From the NCBI GenBank assembly GCA_951406725.2, contig OX597832.1:16678001-16742000 (forward strand): 64,000 nucleotides of DNA, given 5' to 3'. The notes under the pieces are model-generated. The model saw only the letters and a list, made by a program, of their open reading frames with translations, ran no database searches and was not told the DNA's origin. This stretch comes from Octopus vulgaris. Lineage: Eukaryota. How positions within the stretch are numbered: the stretch's first letter is position 1; each line of letters opens with the position of its first letter. Shown piece after piece: positions 28,509-41,962 of this stretch. Position numbers and translations under genes: made by a program.

Positions 28509-30783
28509 TATATGTATGTGTGGGTGTGTTTGTATTTAAACATAAATCACAATGCTGTTTATAGCTTTCTCTACCAACTTCCTTTCCAAGTGAAACATTT
28601 TAAATTCTATAATGGTTGATGCTAGCCTAACGAACCACGCACTGGAATCGAACGCACGGCCACTTGCTTACAAAGAGAACTACTGAATGAAGCAACAGAG
28701 ATCAGTACTGAGAAACATCTTTTCAAACATCTTTGGTTGTGCACAATGCTCTGCTTGTAAAATTTTGCTAGAGGAATGAATAGTGATACTTAAACAAGTG
28801 GTATGAATACAGCAAAGAATATTAGCATAGTACTTGCACATTTCAAAAGTATTAAATTATATATTCATTTATAAAATCGAAATAAGTTCACTGTGTTATT
28901 CGTTGCAAACTTTGTTCTTGAGTAGAAAGATGTCTAGAGGTGAAGATGGTTTATCGAATAGTAATCTAAATTTCACACTGAATTTGAACAGCTTCTGAAC
29001 ACGATGTTTTGTTCTATTCACACACTTCTCGAAATTGCAACTGTCGAAATAAATCACAGACGAAAAACTACTTGAATCCATGAATCGTTCAATTTAAAGC
29101 AGCTGTATTTCAGATCTCAAACAAAACTAAACAATGCAATGCAACGATATACGTTAGACTTCTTTTGGTTGATGATTATTGTCGAACTAACAGCCTACTT
29201 GACTGTTGAAAAAAATAGAAGAAAAATGGCGGTCCCATTGTTAGCTAAGTCTTAAACAGTTTCAACGTCAATATATAATGAATCATCTATAGTTACTTTT
29301 ATTTACAAAATGCGTTGAATTGTATTGGATAACGTACTCGGTTGAAAGACCAATTTTAAATTAGGAGAAAGGTTGATGAACATAGACGTGAGCAAACCTA
29401 TTGTAATTAAAAGGCGACTTTAAACATAGTAGACAGTAGATATTAAATGAAGATGTGTTAGGTTAAATTTACTTCAAGTGGCTAGCTATTTCGGTACTTA
29501 TATGTAGGCGATAAATTTAACCAGGAAGATAAAAATTTATTCATATTAAGATGGCTCGGTACAAAGCTGAATTCTTATATATACGGAAATGTACACGTGG
29601 TCTCCATTTTATTTCCCTCTCTGTCTCACTACACACACACACACACACAGACGTGCATACACAAACACACACACACACACATATCGGCTGTACAGCGCAC
29701 AGAGTTATCTAAATAGATACAGACATACAAAATAAACGCATGGAAACATAAACACAAAGACTGTAAACTATAATTTCAAGAATTACATTTGATTAGTGGT
29801 GGACAAATTCTATGAAGCTGCGATTAAGTGAAACAAATACATTGAAGTATGCTAATTTGTCAAGAAGGGAAAATATATCTGATATCGACAGATGACCTAG
29901 CAGATAAATTTATGGATACATATTCACATTCACACACACTTTCGATAGACGGACACTGAGAAATAGATGAAGAGTTTGACGCAGTTAAATAAATTGATAA
30001 ATGGCTAAATTGGACAGAGAAAGCAGAACGTAAGTGCAGCTGAATTGTTAGTGATAGCTATAATAAGAATAAACCCCCTGACGTCAATATTTTATTATAG
30101 AATTTGCTTCCGGTGGACTTTCACAATTCCTTCTTGTCATAGATAATACACAGACATCCGATATGTCGATTAAGTCCTTTAGACAACATGGCGTCCTACC
30201 TAGTGCTTGTACACGTGACATAGAGAAAGTATGCGACTCAACAGCTCCGGTTAGATATATTATTGTTTCATTTCCTTGTTCTTTAAGATGTATCTAGATG
30301 CATGATCGATTGGTGAAATTATTGCAATGGGTGTTGTGCTCTTACTGTTGTAAGATGCATAAAAAATACAATATAGGGAAAACCTGAGCAAGTAAGAAGG
30401 GCCGTTTCTCTCGCTTAGTACAAAGTCTGGAAACTTGCCACCACATAAGGGATGGGAGGAGGATATCTAAGCGATGCAGAACTATATAAATGGAAGTGGT
30501 GCGGGAACAGATGGAGTTGTAGTTACTGTAGTAATGACAGAGAAAGGAAACAGAATATCCTTAGGGTAGAAAGTAGAACGTGTGGTGGGATTTTATGTCA
30601 AACTGTCTATTGGGATTTTTAAACGGGTACGATCAAGAATATACCTTTATTATGTAGCAGCACGTATGCTACGAATTGACCAAGCTAAGTCTATTATATA
30701 ATAATATACATACATACATAATAGCATGCATACAAACACATATAACTATTCTATTTATGCATTTATGTCTTTATATATATATA

Positions 30784-30855
<72 letters not shown>

Positions 30856-31893
30856 GTGAGACATCTTGAAGCAGTGCAGAGAGGTTATATGAAATATTTT
30901 AGAAAATATGACGGCGAAAAACAGTCCCCTATACTCTAGCAACATGCCAAAGACCATCATAGAGGGACACTGGGTCGACTTCACATCCAGTTTATCCATA
31001 CGCCCGAAGGACCCAACACTCAGACAAATACAGGAGAAGTCCTAATAAGTGAAACAAGGCCGTACTAAATTAAATATACAGATGGGAGGTAGTGATAATC
31101 CAATAACCACAGTGTATACGAACACAAGTATATTTGTTGGTAGGCTCCTATGTAGGCGAAGATATATATATATATATATATATATACATAATATATATGG
31201 GTAGCTAAATCGATATGTAGGCAAAAATACAGATAAGTAGATAGTTTGATACACAGGTTATATGAACATACAAGCACACATACACGCAAGTACATACACA
31301 AAAGGAGACACTAACACATGAACATATAAACTCACGCACACTCCACTAACACACAAGGACACCTATGGAGATACATCCATACATAATACAAGCACGTACA
31401 TAGTCATACAAACCCATACACATACATACGCATACGTACACACACGCATATATACATACATAGTCTATATGAATGAACATTGACGCGCGAACAGGCGCAC
31501 AAACAAAGAATGCTGCTCCGATAACAGACAGAATCAATAATCATTAAAGAGTTTGCAACAAGTAACGAAAATTTCAGAAGAAAAATAATAAATGAGTGGA
31601 AATTGAAAGTGTTAATTAATAAGGCATTAAAACAGAATGACTCTTCACAGACACAACAAAATAAGCTTCAACAATACACGATTTCACATAAAGAGTTTTG
31701 CAAACCGAATGGAAAAACGAAATATATATACATTATTTACATTAAGTGTGTTACTATGCATAAATGACTCAGGCTAGTAGGGATTTTTAAAGTCAGAGCT
31801 ACCGTTTTGTACTTAAATTGTATATATATATATATATATATAATTGTTGTGCAAGATTTTCTATGTGAAGTGGTGTGTTGAAACATATATTGT

Positions 31894-32159
<266 letters not shown>

Positions 32160-32209
32160 GAGAGAGGGAAGGAGAGAGAGAGTTGAAATTTATAAAATTT
32201 ATAGATATA

Positions 32210-33153
32210 GAAAAGCGGAAGACAGGTGAGTGAACAACAAGCAAGTGTAATAATCTGGCGCTCGGGAAAATGAAGAACTTTTCTACGTTTCCAGCCTACG
32301 CTCTTCAGTATAAAGGAATAAGAGAAAATAAAAGGAATGAGAATGCAAAGGTTGTGTAGATTTCAGCAGTCCAGCGTGGGGAATGATTCGAAAAAAGACG
32401 TTGAAAGGCAAATATCAATTTTAATATTACGATGTTAAATGAAAAGGAGATAATAAAATGCTAGTCATCCGAAGAAAAGGTCTAAGTGCGTGCTTCTGTA
32501 TGTGAGAATGTTGTACGGGACTATGTATGAATAGGGCCGTATGTAAACTATAGAAGTATATATATAGAGAGTATGTAAGTATGTATGAATAGGTGTGAGT
32601 GACTCTCACATTTTTGAATGTGAGCCTGTCTGACATGTATGTGTGTCGTGCGTAGCTGTTATGTGGATTTTCATGAGGTGTGCATGTGTGTATGTCTGTG
32701 ACCAAGCATTGTACATGTGTATGTTACGTGTGTTAATGCGTGTTGCCTGTGCACATATATATATATCCTGTGTTCAGGCATTCTGTGTGTGTACTTGTAT
32801 GATGTTGTGTGGTATGGGGGTTGGGAAGTGGGAGGTGATTTTGAGTGTAGAATGGTGTGGGATGGTATCAAGTGAAGAGAATAGGTGACGTTGGTGGCAG
32901 ATGAAGAGACGAGGAGTGTCTTGCCCATGTGACTCAAAGGAGCGAAAAGAGAAGATTAATTCTTGTTCACGGCAAAGGATGGCGACTGTAAGGCCCCTGT
33001 GCAAAGACAGTCCGAACACAGACAGATGTAACGAATGACGGGTATAGCGGAAATGGTGCGAGACCAGGGTGTCAATGCTGAGTGTGATGTCTCGGGGGTT
33101 CTCCACCAACCTGTCAATCAAGCAGTATCCAGTTTGGCCGATATATAGGGATG

Positions 33154-33189
<36 letters not shown>

Positions 33190-33510
33190 AAGAAATGCAG
33201 TGTCTGACGTGACTAGCAGTGCAGGTAAAAATGTCAGTGCTGTGATAGAGACGATGATGGGTGCCTGTGAGGATGGTGGTGTTGGAGATGTAGGGGCAGG
33301 TGGTACCACCTGGGCAGGGGAAGGGGGAACGAGCCAGACTGTGAGGTGGGGTTATGGAAGAAACTTTGGACAAGGATGTTAAGCATGTTATGGGAACGTT
33401 TGAAGTAGGAAATTGGTAGGTTGGGGAAGATGTGCGAGGTGGAGAGGTCGGACTGGAATTACCGGAAGGGTCGAAGAATGATGCGTCGGAGGGGCAGGTT
33501 AGAGGTGCGG
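32210..33510 (-). mobile_element. Penelope-like retroelement 3' remnant (linker, GIY-YIG endonuclease, pLTR)
   Basis: ORF 32774-33640 contains TCPYI...FTCTASHVRHCISC..CPSLYIGQT...VSHHF...HS...REQELIF, the PLE GIY-YIG with CCHH motif. A decayed hammerhead-like string tga-agagcgtaggctg-gaaa-cg-ta lies at ~32280-32315. Confidence 0.9.
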
Positions 33511-33745
33511 TATAGATACATACACACACAAACACATATATATAGTCAACAGAGGCTGGAGGAGGATGTCGACTATCCCCACCTTCATAAGTAGTAATGC
33601 AAAACATATATATTGGAAATAAAAGAAGGAAAATGCACACAGTTTACATAGTTTTAATATATACTTTAAGAAAATATATTTTAAAACAAGTATAAAATAT
33701 ATTTTGCAATATATTAAAACTATATAAACTGTGCATTTTCCTTCT

Positions 33746-33786
<41 letters not shown>

Positions 33787-35357
33787 GTAAATGTCGAACA
33801 AAAACAAAGTGTTCTCAATAGCGCATTGGTGCATAAAACAATTTTATTTGTGTGTTAAGGCTATCATTGTTTTCATGGCATTTTAACAATTTGTGTCAAC
33901 GCATGTGCTTGCGCATAATTGCAATTCCGTGACCTAGTCATGCTTATTTACGTGGCAGACATATGCAGTGCCACTAAATGTGTTATCATATGTACGGGAT
34001 TTTTTTCTCATTTTTATGGGACAAATGTAAAAAAAAATAAGTGTGAACATTTATTTTATGAGTCTGTGTATGAAGTCTATAAAATTGTGCATAAAGTATA
34101 TAAGGTGTATATATTAAGTGCATTAAGTTATCATATTCCAATTCCTTCCACTTTTATATGAGTAACTGTTGAGCGTCAGTCTTTTGATACAGACATAACA
34201 CAGGTCATGTTTTCATGTTTTTTGGATTAAGTTTTCAGATGTAACCCAGTAGATTTACCATTAATTCCGTGAAATGTTTACTTGTTCTGCTAGTCTACAT
34301 AATAATCTGCTTGTTCGTTCGCCCGTTACACATTACTTAGTTAGAGAAGCGGAGGTAAGGCGATTGAGAGGTAAGGTAAAAATTAAAGAGAGGAGGAGTA
34401 AAGAAATAAGAGAAGAAGTAGAGGAAAGTGATTAATATTAATATACTTAGGCCAAATGGTGACGTGTCCAGCGGGAGGTAGAGATGAAGGATGAGAAAAA
34501 AAGACGGATGGAGAAGTGTTAATGATGTATGGTGGGTAAGGAAATGAATAATTATCATGTGGTTAAAACGTTAGCTGATGGGAAATGTAGATTGGGCGGG
34601 AGATGGACATGGAAGATAGTTATATTGATAGAGGAAGAGAGACAGAGAGAGAGAAAGTGAGAGAGAGAATGGCTAATAGCAGCGACGGCGGTGGTAGTGG
34701 TGAGGGTGTTGTTATGGTCAAAAGTGTTTCGTGCTTTTTTTATTGAACTTTTTTTATAGCGACCATCGCTTAAAACAAGTATTTATCGCCCACTCGCTTA
34801 AAATTTCACCTTTATTTCTAAGGTTAAGATAGCTCTGGATTCACAAGAAACATAGTTGAAAGCTGCCCTAGGAAGAATGCTCACATATAGAGTGCGGATC
34901 AGGCGGGAACTGCGAGAAAATATTATAAGAAGAGGGAAAAGAAAACACTCTCAGAGACGAGAGGTAATAAATGTAGACGAACATGAAAAACATTTAAAGA
35001 AAGCTAAAATATGAACGCTGTAAAGATGCGAATCATACATTATTTCGGAGATATGTCCTATAATTTTTGTCTTTCATTTGTTGGAATTTCCGCGGGTGAC
35101 ACTAGTATTAAATGCAAGATTTAGGTTACATAAAATCTTGTATGTAACCTAAAACGAAATAATTACCAGAATCTGTTTTATACAAGTTGTTGATCTTACG
35201 TTTAATTTATGCCGACATACTCACACACACACCTATTTACTAAGACACACAAACGAGCACCTGTGCGCACAAAATACACGTAATAGACTCAAGGAATATG
35301 CTACAGCTTGTTATTTCCGTATCTATTTATATATTCATACATACATACATAAATACA

Positions 35358-35458
<101 letters not shown>

Positions 35459-35622
35459 GTGTATATGTATTTGTGAGCGTGTGTATGTGTGTGTGTGTGC
35501 GTGTGTGTGTATGTGTGTGTGTGTGATAAAGTCATATTTTGTAGCACAAATATTATATTGGAAAGCGCATCTTTCCTCTCTTTTGAATTGAATTCACCAG
35601 AAGGTATCCGGTTTACAACAGT

Positions 35623-35975
35623 GCTGATAATGATGGTACTGATGATGAAGGTGATGATGACGATGATGATGATGATGATGACGATGATTATGATGGTGAT
35701 GTGATGATGATTGCGGTGGTGGTGATGGTGGTCGTGCTGCTGCCGCTGATTATGATTAAGAGGTTAATGATAATGAGTATAAGGTGGAGGAGAGAAGTGG
35801 CGTTGTTTACGGTAAATGATGAAATTGATGCTGCTGATGATGACGGTAATGATGATGATGATAATGATAAACTTGATGGTGATGATGATGAGGCTATGGA
35901 TGTCGATGATACACTTACGACCAATGATATATTTAATGTGTTTGTTGTTAATTATGGTAATAAGGATGGCGTTAT
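35623..35975. repeat. Degenerate (GAT)n array
   Basis: Directly visible. Confidence 0.9.
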
Positions 35976-36139
35976 TGTTGTTTTCTTATAACTTCAGTGA
36001 AATTAATTTGACACCTCAGTGTTCTCACTGTCCTCATAGCAACACCAACAACAACATCAATAACAACATCAACGAAAACAGAAACAGCAGCTACAGGAGA
36101 ACCACCCGCATTAGCCGAAGCGGGGATATTAACAGTATA

Positions 36140-36452
36140 ATCATCACCATCATCATCATCATCATCATCTTCATTGTCATCCTCATCCTCATCATCATAA
36201 CCATCATCATCGTCATCATAGTTGTCGTTATCAACGTGTTCGTCGTCGTCCTCATCGTCACCATCAGCAGCAGCAGTAGCGTAGCCTTCGTTGACATCGT
36301 CGCCATCATCATTATCGTCATCACCGACATCACCTTCATCATCATCATCATCATCATCGTCGTCGTCGTCGTCGATGTCGTTGTCGTCATCATTATTATC
36401 ACCCTCGTGTTTGACATCGTTGGCGCCGTCATCATCTTCGTTTGCTTTTTCA

Positions 36453-36491
<39 letters not shown>

Positions 36492-36594
36492 GTCATCACC
36501 ATTATCGTTATCATCATCATCATCATCACCATTAACGTCATCATTATTTCCATCATCATCAACATCATCGTCGTCGTAGTCGTCGTCGTCGTCG

Positions 36595-36648
<54 letters not shown>

Positions 36649-36673
36649 ACAGCAACACCATCATTATCATCAA
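36140..36673. repeat. (CAT)n/(CGT)n array
   Basis: Directly visible; source of the poly-H/D/M/I ORFs. Confidence 0.95.
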
Positions 36674-37289
36674 CAGACCTAAACCTTAACACTATTATGT
36701 GCAGCAACTGCGACATCATGCCTAGTGAAATAATCACCGCCAACAGAAACGAGATAATTCTTAATATAATATGCATTAGCTGCAACAGCAACATGCTGTG
36801 CACTCCACTGCAACAACCATGACATGAACAGCCACAGCTACAATAACACAACGCATCTACAATACAATCTCTATTGTATGCAAAGCTTGCAATATAACAG
36901 CACAATTATTAGCAACGTCTATAGCAGCAGCAACCGCAGTCTTAACAGCAACGGTAACAACAAACAAACAAGAACAGTGTTGTGATCATAAGCCACAATA
37001 CTATTCAGGCAATTAGTAAAGCAGTTGATGAATATTACTATGAAAGTTAGTAATCAACTTGCGGCAATTGATTGGATAGATTGAAGAGTACTTTAGATCC
37101 GTAATGAAATTAATAATAAAGAGTGTTCTGTAGCAATATAGAAATTGCGATGGTGGTATAATATTATTGTATACGGGGTGGATGGATAAGTTTGTAAGCG
37201 AACTTGTAGTTACAAAGTTGAACAAGATTAAATCCAGTGAACAGAAATTTAAAGATATTTTATGAAAATAATACAAATTGGTAGCAAAA

Positions 37290-37449
37290 TGTTCCCGAGC
37301 TATGTTAGGGAAGAAACTTTAGACAAGCAGGTTAAGTACGTTATGGGTACGTTTGAAGAAGGGAAAGGGTAGGTTGCGGAAGATGTGCAAGGTGGAGAGG
37401 TCGGACTGGAATTACCGGAAAGCTCGGAGAATGATGCGTCAGAGGTGCA
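37290..37449 (-). mobile_element. Second fragment of the PLE family seen at 32.2-33.5 kb
   Basis: 37331-37447 aligns with 33378-33496 (ggtggagaggtcggactggaattaccggaa is identical). Confidence 0.85.
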
Positions 37450-37480
37450 TTTTAAATATTTGCCTAAGCTTTACCATCAT

Positions 37481-37878
37481 TTCTTTCGAAATAGTCACCT
37501 TTTAACATCATTTGTTTCGAATTAGCCACCTTGTGCAGCAACACACCTGTTCCAGGGTTCCTGTCACTTTTAGAATCCGAGATTGAAGTCGTTTTTCCTG
37601 AGCGAGTGAGAACCTTCTTGATTTCGCAACGGTGTTAAAACGCGTCCTTTCATCTGCCTTTTCCCCTTCCGGAAATGATGGAAGTCCGCATGTGCTAAAT
37701 CTGGAAAATACAGCGGGTGCGAAAGCAGTAGCATCTTGTTTATGGCGAGAAAATCATGAGTAAGGAGAGCTCGATGACAGGGTGCATTGACGTCAAGAAG
37801 AATCCAATTTTCCCGCTCCACGGATCCGGTCGCTTTCGCCGAATGTCCACCCTGAAATGCTTGAACTTTCGATTTAGG
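37481..37878 (-). mobile_element. Mariner transposase C-terminal fragment
   Basis: WILLDVNAPCHRAL (HDNAPAH-like), LSHPLYFPDLAHADFHHF (HPPYSPDLAPxDF-like) and WNRCVAAQG. Truncated by the adjacent SINE. Confidence 0.88.
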
Positions 37879-38200
37879 GGTAGGAATGGCTATATCGTAA
37901 GTTGCTTGCTTAAGAACCATATGGTTCCGGGTTCAGTCCCACTGCGTGGCACCTTGAGCAAGTGTCTTCTACTATAGCCTCGGGCCATCCAAAAGCCTTG
38001 TGAGTGTATTTGGTAGACGGAAACTGAAAGAAGCCTGTCGTATATATGTATATATATATATGTTTGTGTGTATGTATTTGTGTGTCTGTATTTGTACCCC
38101 CAAAATCGCTTGACAACCGACGCTGGTGTGTTTACGTTCCCGTAAAAGAGACCGATAGAATAAGTACTAGGCTTACAAAGATTAAGTCCTGGGGTCGATT
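37879..38200 (+). mobile_element. SINE family 1 (3'-truncated)
   Basis: ggttccgggttcagtcccactgcgtggcacc...agtcctggggtcgattt. Confidence 0.88.
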
Positions 38201-38669
38201 TACAGAAGTCTCTCTTTTTTAGGTTAGTCGATATCAACGGCTCTATTGTATAAGTGTCACCTATTTTATCGATACCAGAAAGATTAAAAAATACAAAGTT
38301 GGCCCCAGTACGTACCGGGGCACGAAATTCCGCTAATCATTGCCCCGGCTTTCTAGCAATCCTGTCATCTCAGAACTTAATAGAAATCATAATAAAAGTT
38401 TCAAATTTTTGACACAATCCCAGAAATTATGGGGAGGGCGCAAATCCATTACATCGACCCCATAGCCCCATAGTGTTACTCCTTTTATCGCCCCCGAAAG
38501 GCTGAATGTAATAACCGACGAAATACCACCAAGCATTTTGCCCACTCTGTTAAGGATTCGGCAAGTTCACCGCCTTATTTTAATTTCTAAAATTAATAGG
38601 ACTTAAGGCACCGATCGAGCATTATTGTTATCGCTCAGGGAAAAATGCTTAGACTGTCTTTAACTTTTG

Positions 38670-39400
38670 GGATCTTAATGTAAAGAAAACCGAATGTTGA
38701 TTCGCCTTTCGTCCTTTTGAGGTTGAGCTGAGCATTGGTTTTGTCGTAATCGATTGGCCCCCTTTTGCAAAAGAACTGTGTTTTGTGAAAATTTAAAACC
38801 AAAATATTAAGATTTGAGGCGTCAATATGGTCGAATTTTCAGCATTTCCTTCATCTTTAATGTAAAGAAAGCCGAATGTTGATTCGCCTTTCGTCTTTTT
38901 GAGGTCGATAAAATAAATACGAGCTGAGCATTGGTTTTAACGTAATCGATTGACCTCCTTTCCCAAAAGAACTGGGTTTCGTGAAAATTTAAAACCCAAA
39001 GTATTAAGATTTGAGGCGTCAATTTGGTCGAACTTTCAGCACGGTAGACAAAATGGTTAGGAGCATTTCCCCCTTCTTTAAAGTAAAGAAAACCGATTGT
39101 TGATTTGCTTTCGTACTTTTTTATTGACCCCCTTCGCCAAAAGTACTGGGTTTTGTGAATCTTTAAAACCAAAAGTATTAAGATTTTAGGCGTGAATTTC
39201 TTCGAATGTTTAACACGGTAGAAAAAATATTTAGCAGCGTTTCCTCCATATTTATGTTCTGATTTTCAAATTCTGCCGCGATCGATTTTATATTTCCTCA
39301 TTTTTGGATCCATAAAATAAATACCAAAATAGTACGGTGTGGATTTAATCGACTTAACCACTCTCATGCAATTGCTGACTTTGTGACAGAATTGTAAACC
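38670..39400 (+). repeat. Tandem array of 3-4 diverged family-2 SINE units (~170-220 bp)
   Basis: The motifs gtaaagaaa.ccga.tgttgatt.gc and tttaaaacc..aa.tattaagattt.aggcgt recur from ~38680, ~38862 and ~39083. Confidence 0.85.
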
Positions 39401-39755
39401 AATATTAAATAGGATTTGGACCAAAAGTTAAAAAGAAATTGATGTAAGTAAAAACAGAAAACATAGCAGGGATCAGACACGTATGCTATCGTTGTTAAGC
39501 CCTATTGATATTTAACAATAACGCTGATTGGCTGTTTCTATACACGCTAAAAATCAACACAAGTTATAAAATGCACAATCATTTAGAGCCTGCTCAAGAT
39601 GCTTAAGATGAAATGAGAATTTAAACATAAAATCCACGGAACTAAATAGAAAATTTCTTGAGGATATTGGACGGCCTGTCAAATATAAAGAACGATTAGA
39701 TTTGATGCGATATAGACTGTTCCAACATTAGTTTGAGTAACAAACATCAAACTAA

Positions 39756-40414
39756 TTTAGAGCAGCTGTTAAATGGCCATATTCATCATCAACATCATCA
39801 TCATCGTAGACGTCGTCGTCGTCGTCATCATCATCCTCAATATCATTTAATTACGATTATTTATCTGTAACTTCCAAATGCATAGACTTTGTATTTGATT
39901 CCAGATATTTTGTATTAGATTCCAACAGCGAGTATTGGAAACAGACCTATTAATCAATGCAAGAAATTCACTATAAGAGTCTATAGTCTTAAACATACAT
40001 TCTAGTTCATCTATTTGTTAGCTTACATTACTGTACATATGGTTTCCAAATAAACTGATACTTTTTGGTAAATAGCAACTATTTAATACGCTTGGCTGAA
40101 GGAAAATCAAAACAGATCATAAAGCTCTCAGACTTGTAGAGAATTCAGAATATCGTACTTTATCTCAATACTACGTTATGGCTTGTGCATATTCTAGCAC
40201 CTATAGTATACGAAACGCCAATATTACCAAAATATGCATCTGGAAATTACAGATAGATAATCCTAATTAAATGATAATGATGATGATGATGACGACGACA
40301 ATGACAATGAGATTATGATGGTGATGATGATGGTGATGATGATGGTGATGGTGTTGGTCATGATGATGATGATGACATCGACGACAAAAATGGCCACTTA
40401 ACAGCTCCTCTAAA
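39756..40414. repeat. Foldback-like inverted duplication with microsatellite-containing arms
   Basis: Arms 39756-39884 and 40233-40414. Outer unique segment matches 23/25, inner unique segment 40/44, with (CAT/CGT)n versus (GAT/GAC)n between them. Confidence 0.88.
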
Positions 40415-40774
40415 AGATGGGTAAACCTTTTCTATTGCTTTATATGTTTGCTAAAACTTTGAGATGTTTATAGACTTTTATATCTTAAGTGCAATATGAA
40501 TTTCTATAGATATATTTCTTCATCATAAATACGACGGGATGTTTATATATAGATTACTGTAGCTTTTTAAAAAAATGAAATGCTGCTTATAAATTTCTAT
40601 ATTTTAGCTATGCTAGTTCCAACTTCTCGATGCTCCTCTCATATTGGCTAATATTTTACTAATAATATAAGTATAGAAATAATTGTGAAACTATGGCAGT
40701 GAAAAGATAAATAATAATATGGGGATTATAGGATTACAGTTGTAATAGGGAAATTATAATATTGAACAAGTAAA

Positions 40775-41150
40775 GGCGCAGGAGTGGCTGTGTGGTAAGT
40801 AGCTTGCTTACCAACCACATGGTTCCGGGTTCAATCCCACTGCGTGGCATCTTGGGCAAGTGTCTTCTGCTATAGCCCCGGGCCGACCAATGCCTTGTGA
40901 GTGGATTTGGTAGACAGAAACTGAAAGAAGCCTGTCGTATATATATATATATATATATATATATAGGTGTGTGTGTGTGTTCGTTTGTCAGTGTTTGTCC
41001 CCCGTCACTTAGCGGTTCGGCAAAAGAGACCGATAGAATAAGTACTGGGCTAACAAAGAATAAGTCCCGGGGTCGATTTGCTCGACTAAAGGCGGTGCTC
41101 CAGCATGGCCGCAGTCAAATGACTGAAACAAGTAAAAGAGTAAAAGAGTA
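40775..41150 (+). mobile_element. SINE family 1 (well-preserved head, internal deletion)
   Basis: GGCGCAGGAGTGGCTGTGTGG (A box)...GGTTCAATCCC (B box); tail gaaacaagtaaaagagtaaaagagta. About 40 bp are missing between two gtcccc motifs. Confidence 0.92.
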
Positions 41151-41420
41151 ATTACTCAGATTGATAATTACCTATAATGATTAACAAGTGGCGTTGTTAA
41201 ACCATCGGATACTCAGCCACTAAATCGGCAACCCCACTAAGCTTGCTTGGTGAGTGTGGTGGATTTACTACACCTTGCGGGATTAAAAGCAAAGCCCGGC
41301 AAAGAGCAGAGGGCCATAGAAAGGTCAATGGCCTTTCCGAAAATGGGTAGTTAGATCTCCTCAGCCGATAAATATATATATTAAGTGCGTGCGTGTGTAT
41401 ATACATGTATGCATGTCTAT

Positions 41421-41491
<71 letters not shown>

Positions 41492-41679
41492 AACGGTGAA
41501 TAAATTGTCGCCTAAATCACGCCAAAATGAAAATATCATTGACATTTCATTTTAACAGATATGCTTACCAAAATTACATAAAAATGTTCTGAGAAACTAA
41601 AGAGTACATTTATCCAATTAAATCTCCAATTAAATCGCCTGGAAATCTTTTGGACGGTTTGGTCTCCTTGTGGGGAAAT

Positions 41680-41827
41680 AGTACAGCAGGGATCCCCCCC
41701 CCCCCCCTCTGCCGGAGTCTCATGGAGCTTTAGGTGTTTTAGCTCAATAAACACTCACAACGCCCGGTCTGGTAAACGAAACCGCGATCCTACAACCGCG
41801 AGTCCACTGCCCTAACTACCGGGCAAT
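41680..41827 (-). mobile_element. tRNA-derived SINE family 3 fragment
   Basis: aataaacactcaca..gcccggtct.g.aa.cgaaaccgcg...ctgccctaac is shared with 53895-54071. Confidence 0.8.
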
Positions 41828-41904
41828 ATATATATATATACATATGTATCTATATATATATGTATGTGTATATGTGTGTGTTTATATATATATATATATA
41901 TATG

Positions 41905-41962
<58 letters not shown>

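Noticed and set aside
30853-30905. CR1/L2-like RT motif (HLEAVQRGYMK resembling LExVQRRATK)
   Set aside because: A single short motif with no supporting flanking homology visible.
35688-36905. Poly-His/poly-Asp/poly-Met ORFs suggesting a metal-binding or biomineral protein
   Set aside because: All overlapping frames derive from (CAT)n/(GAT)n arrays, with no splice or codon evidence.
40775-40850. tRNA gene
   Set aside because: A/B boxes are present, but I see no proper acceptor stem or cloverleaf, and the sequence continues into a multi-copy SINE body. The same applies to the heads at ~54000-54071 and 59385.
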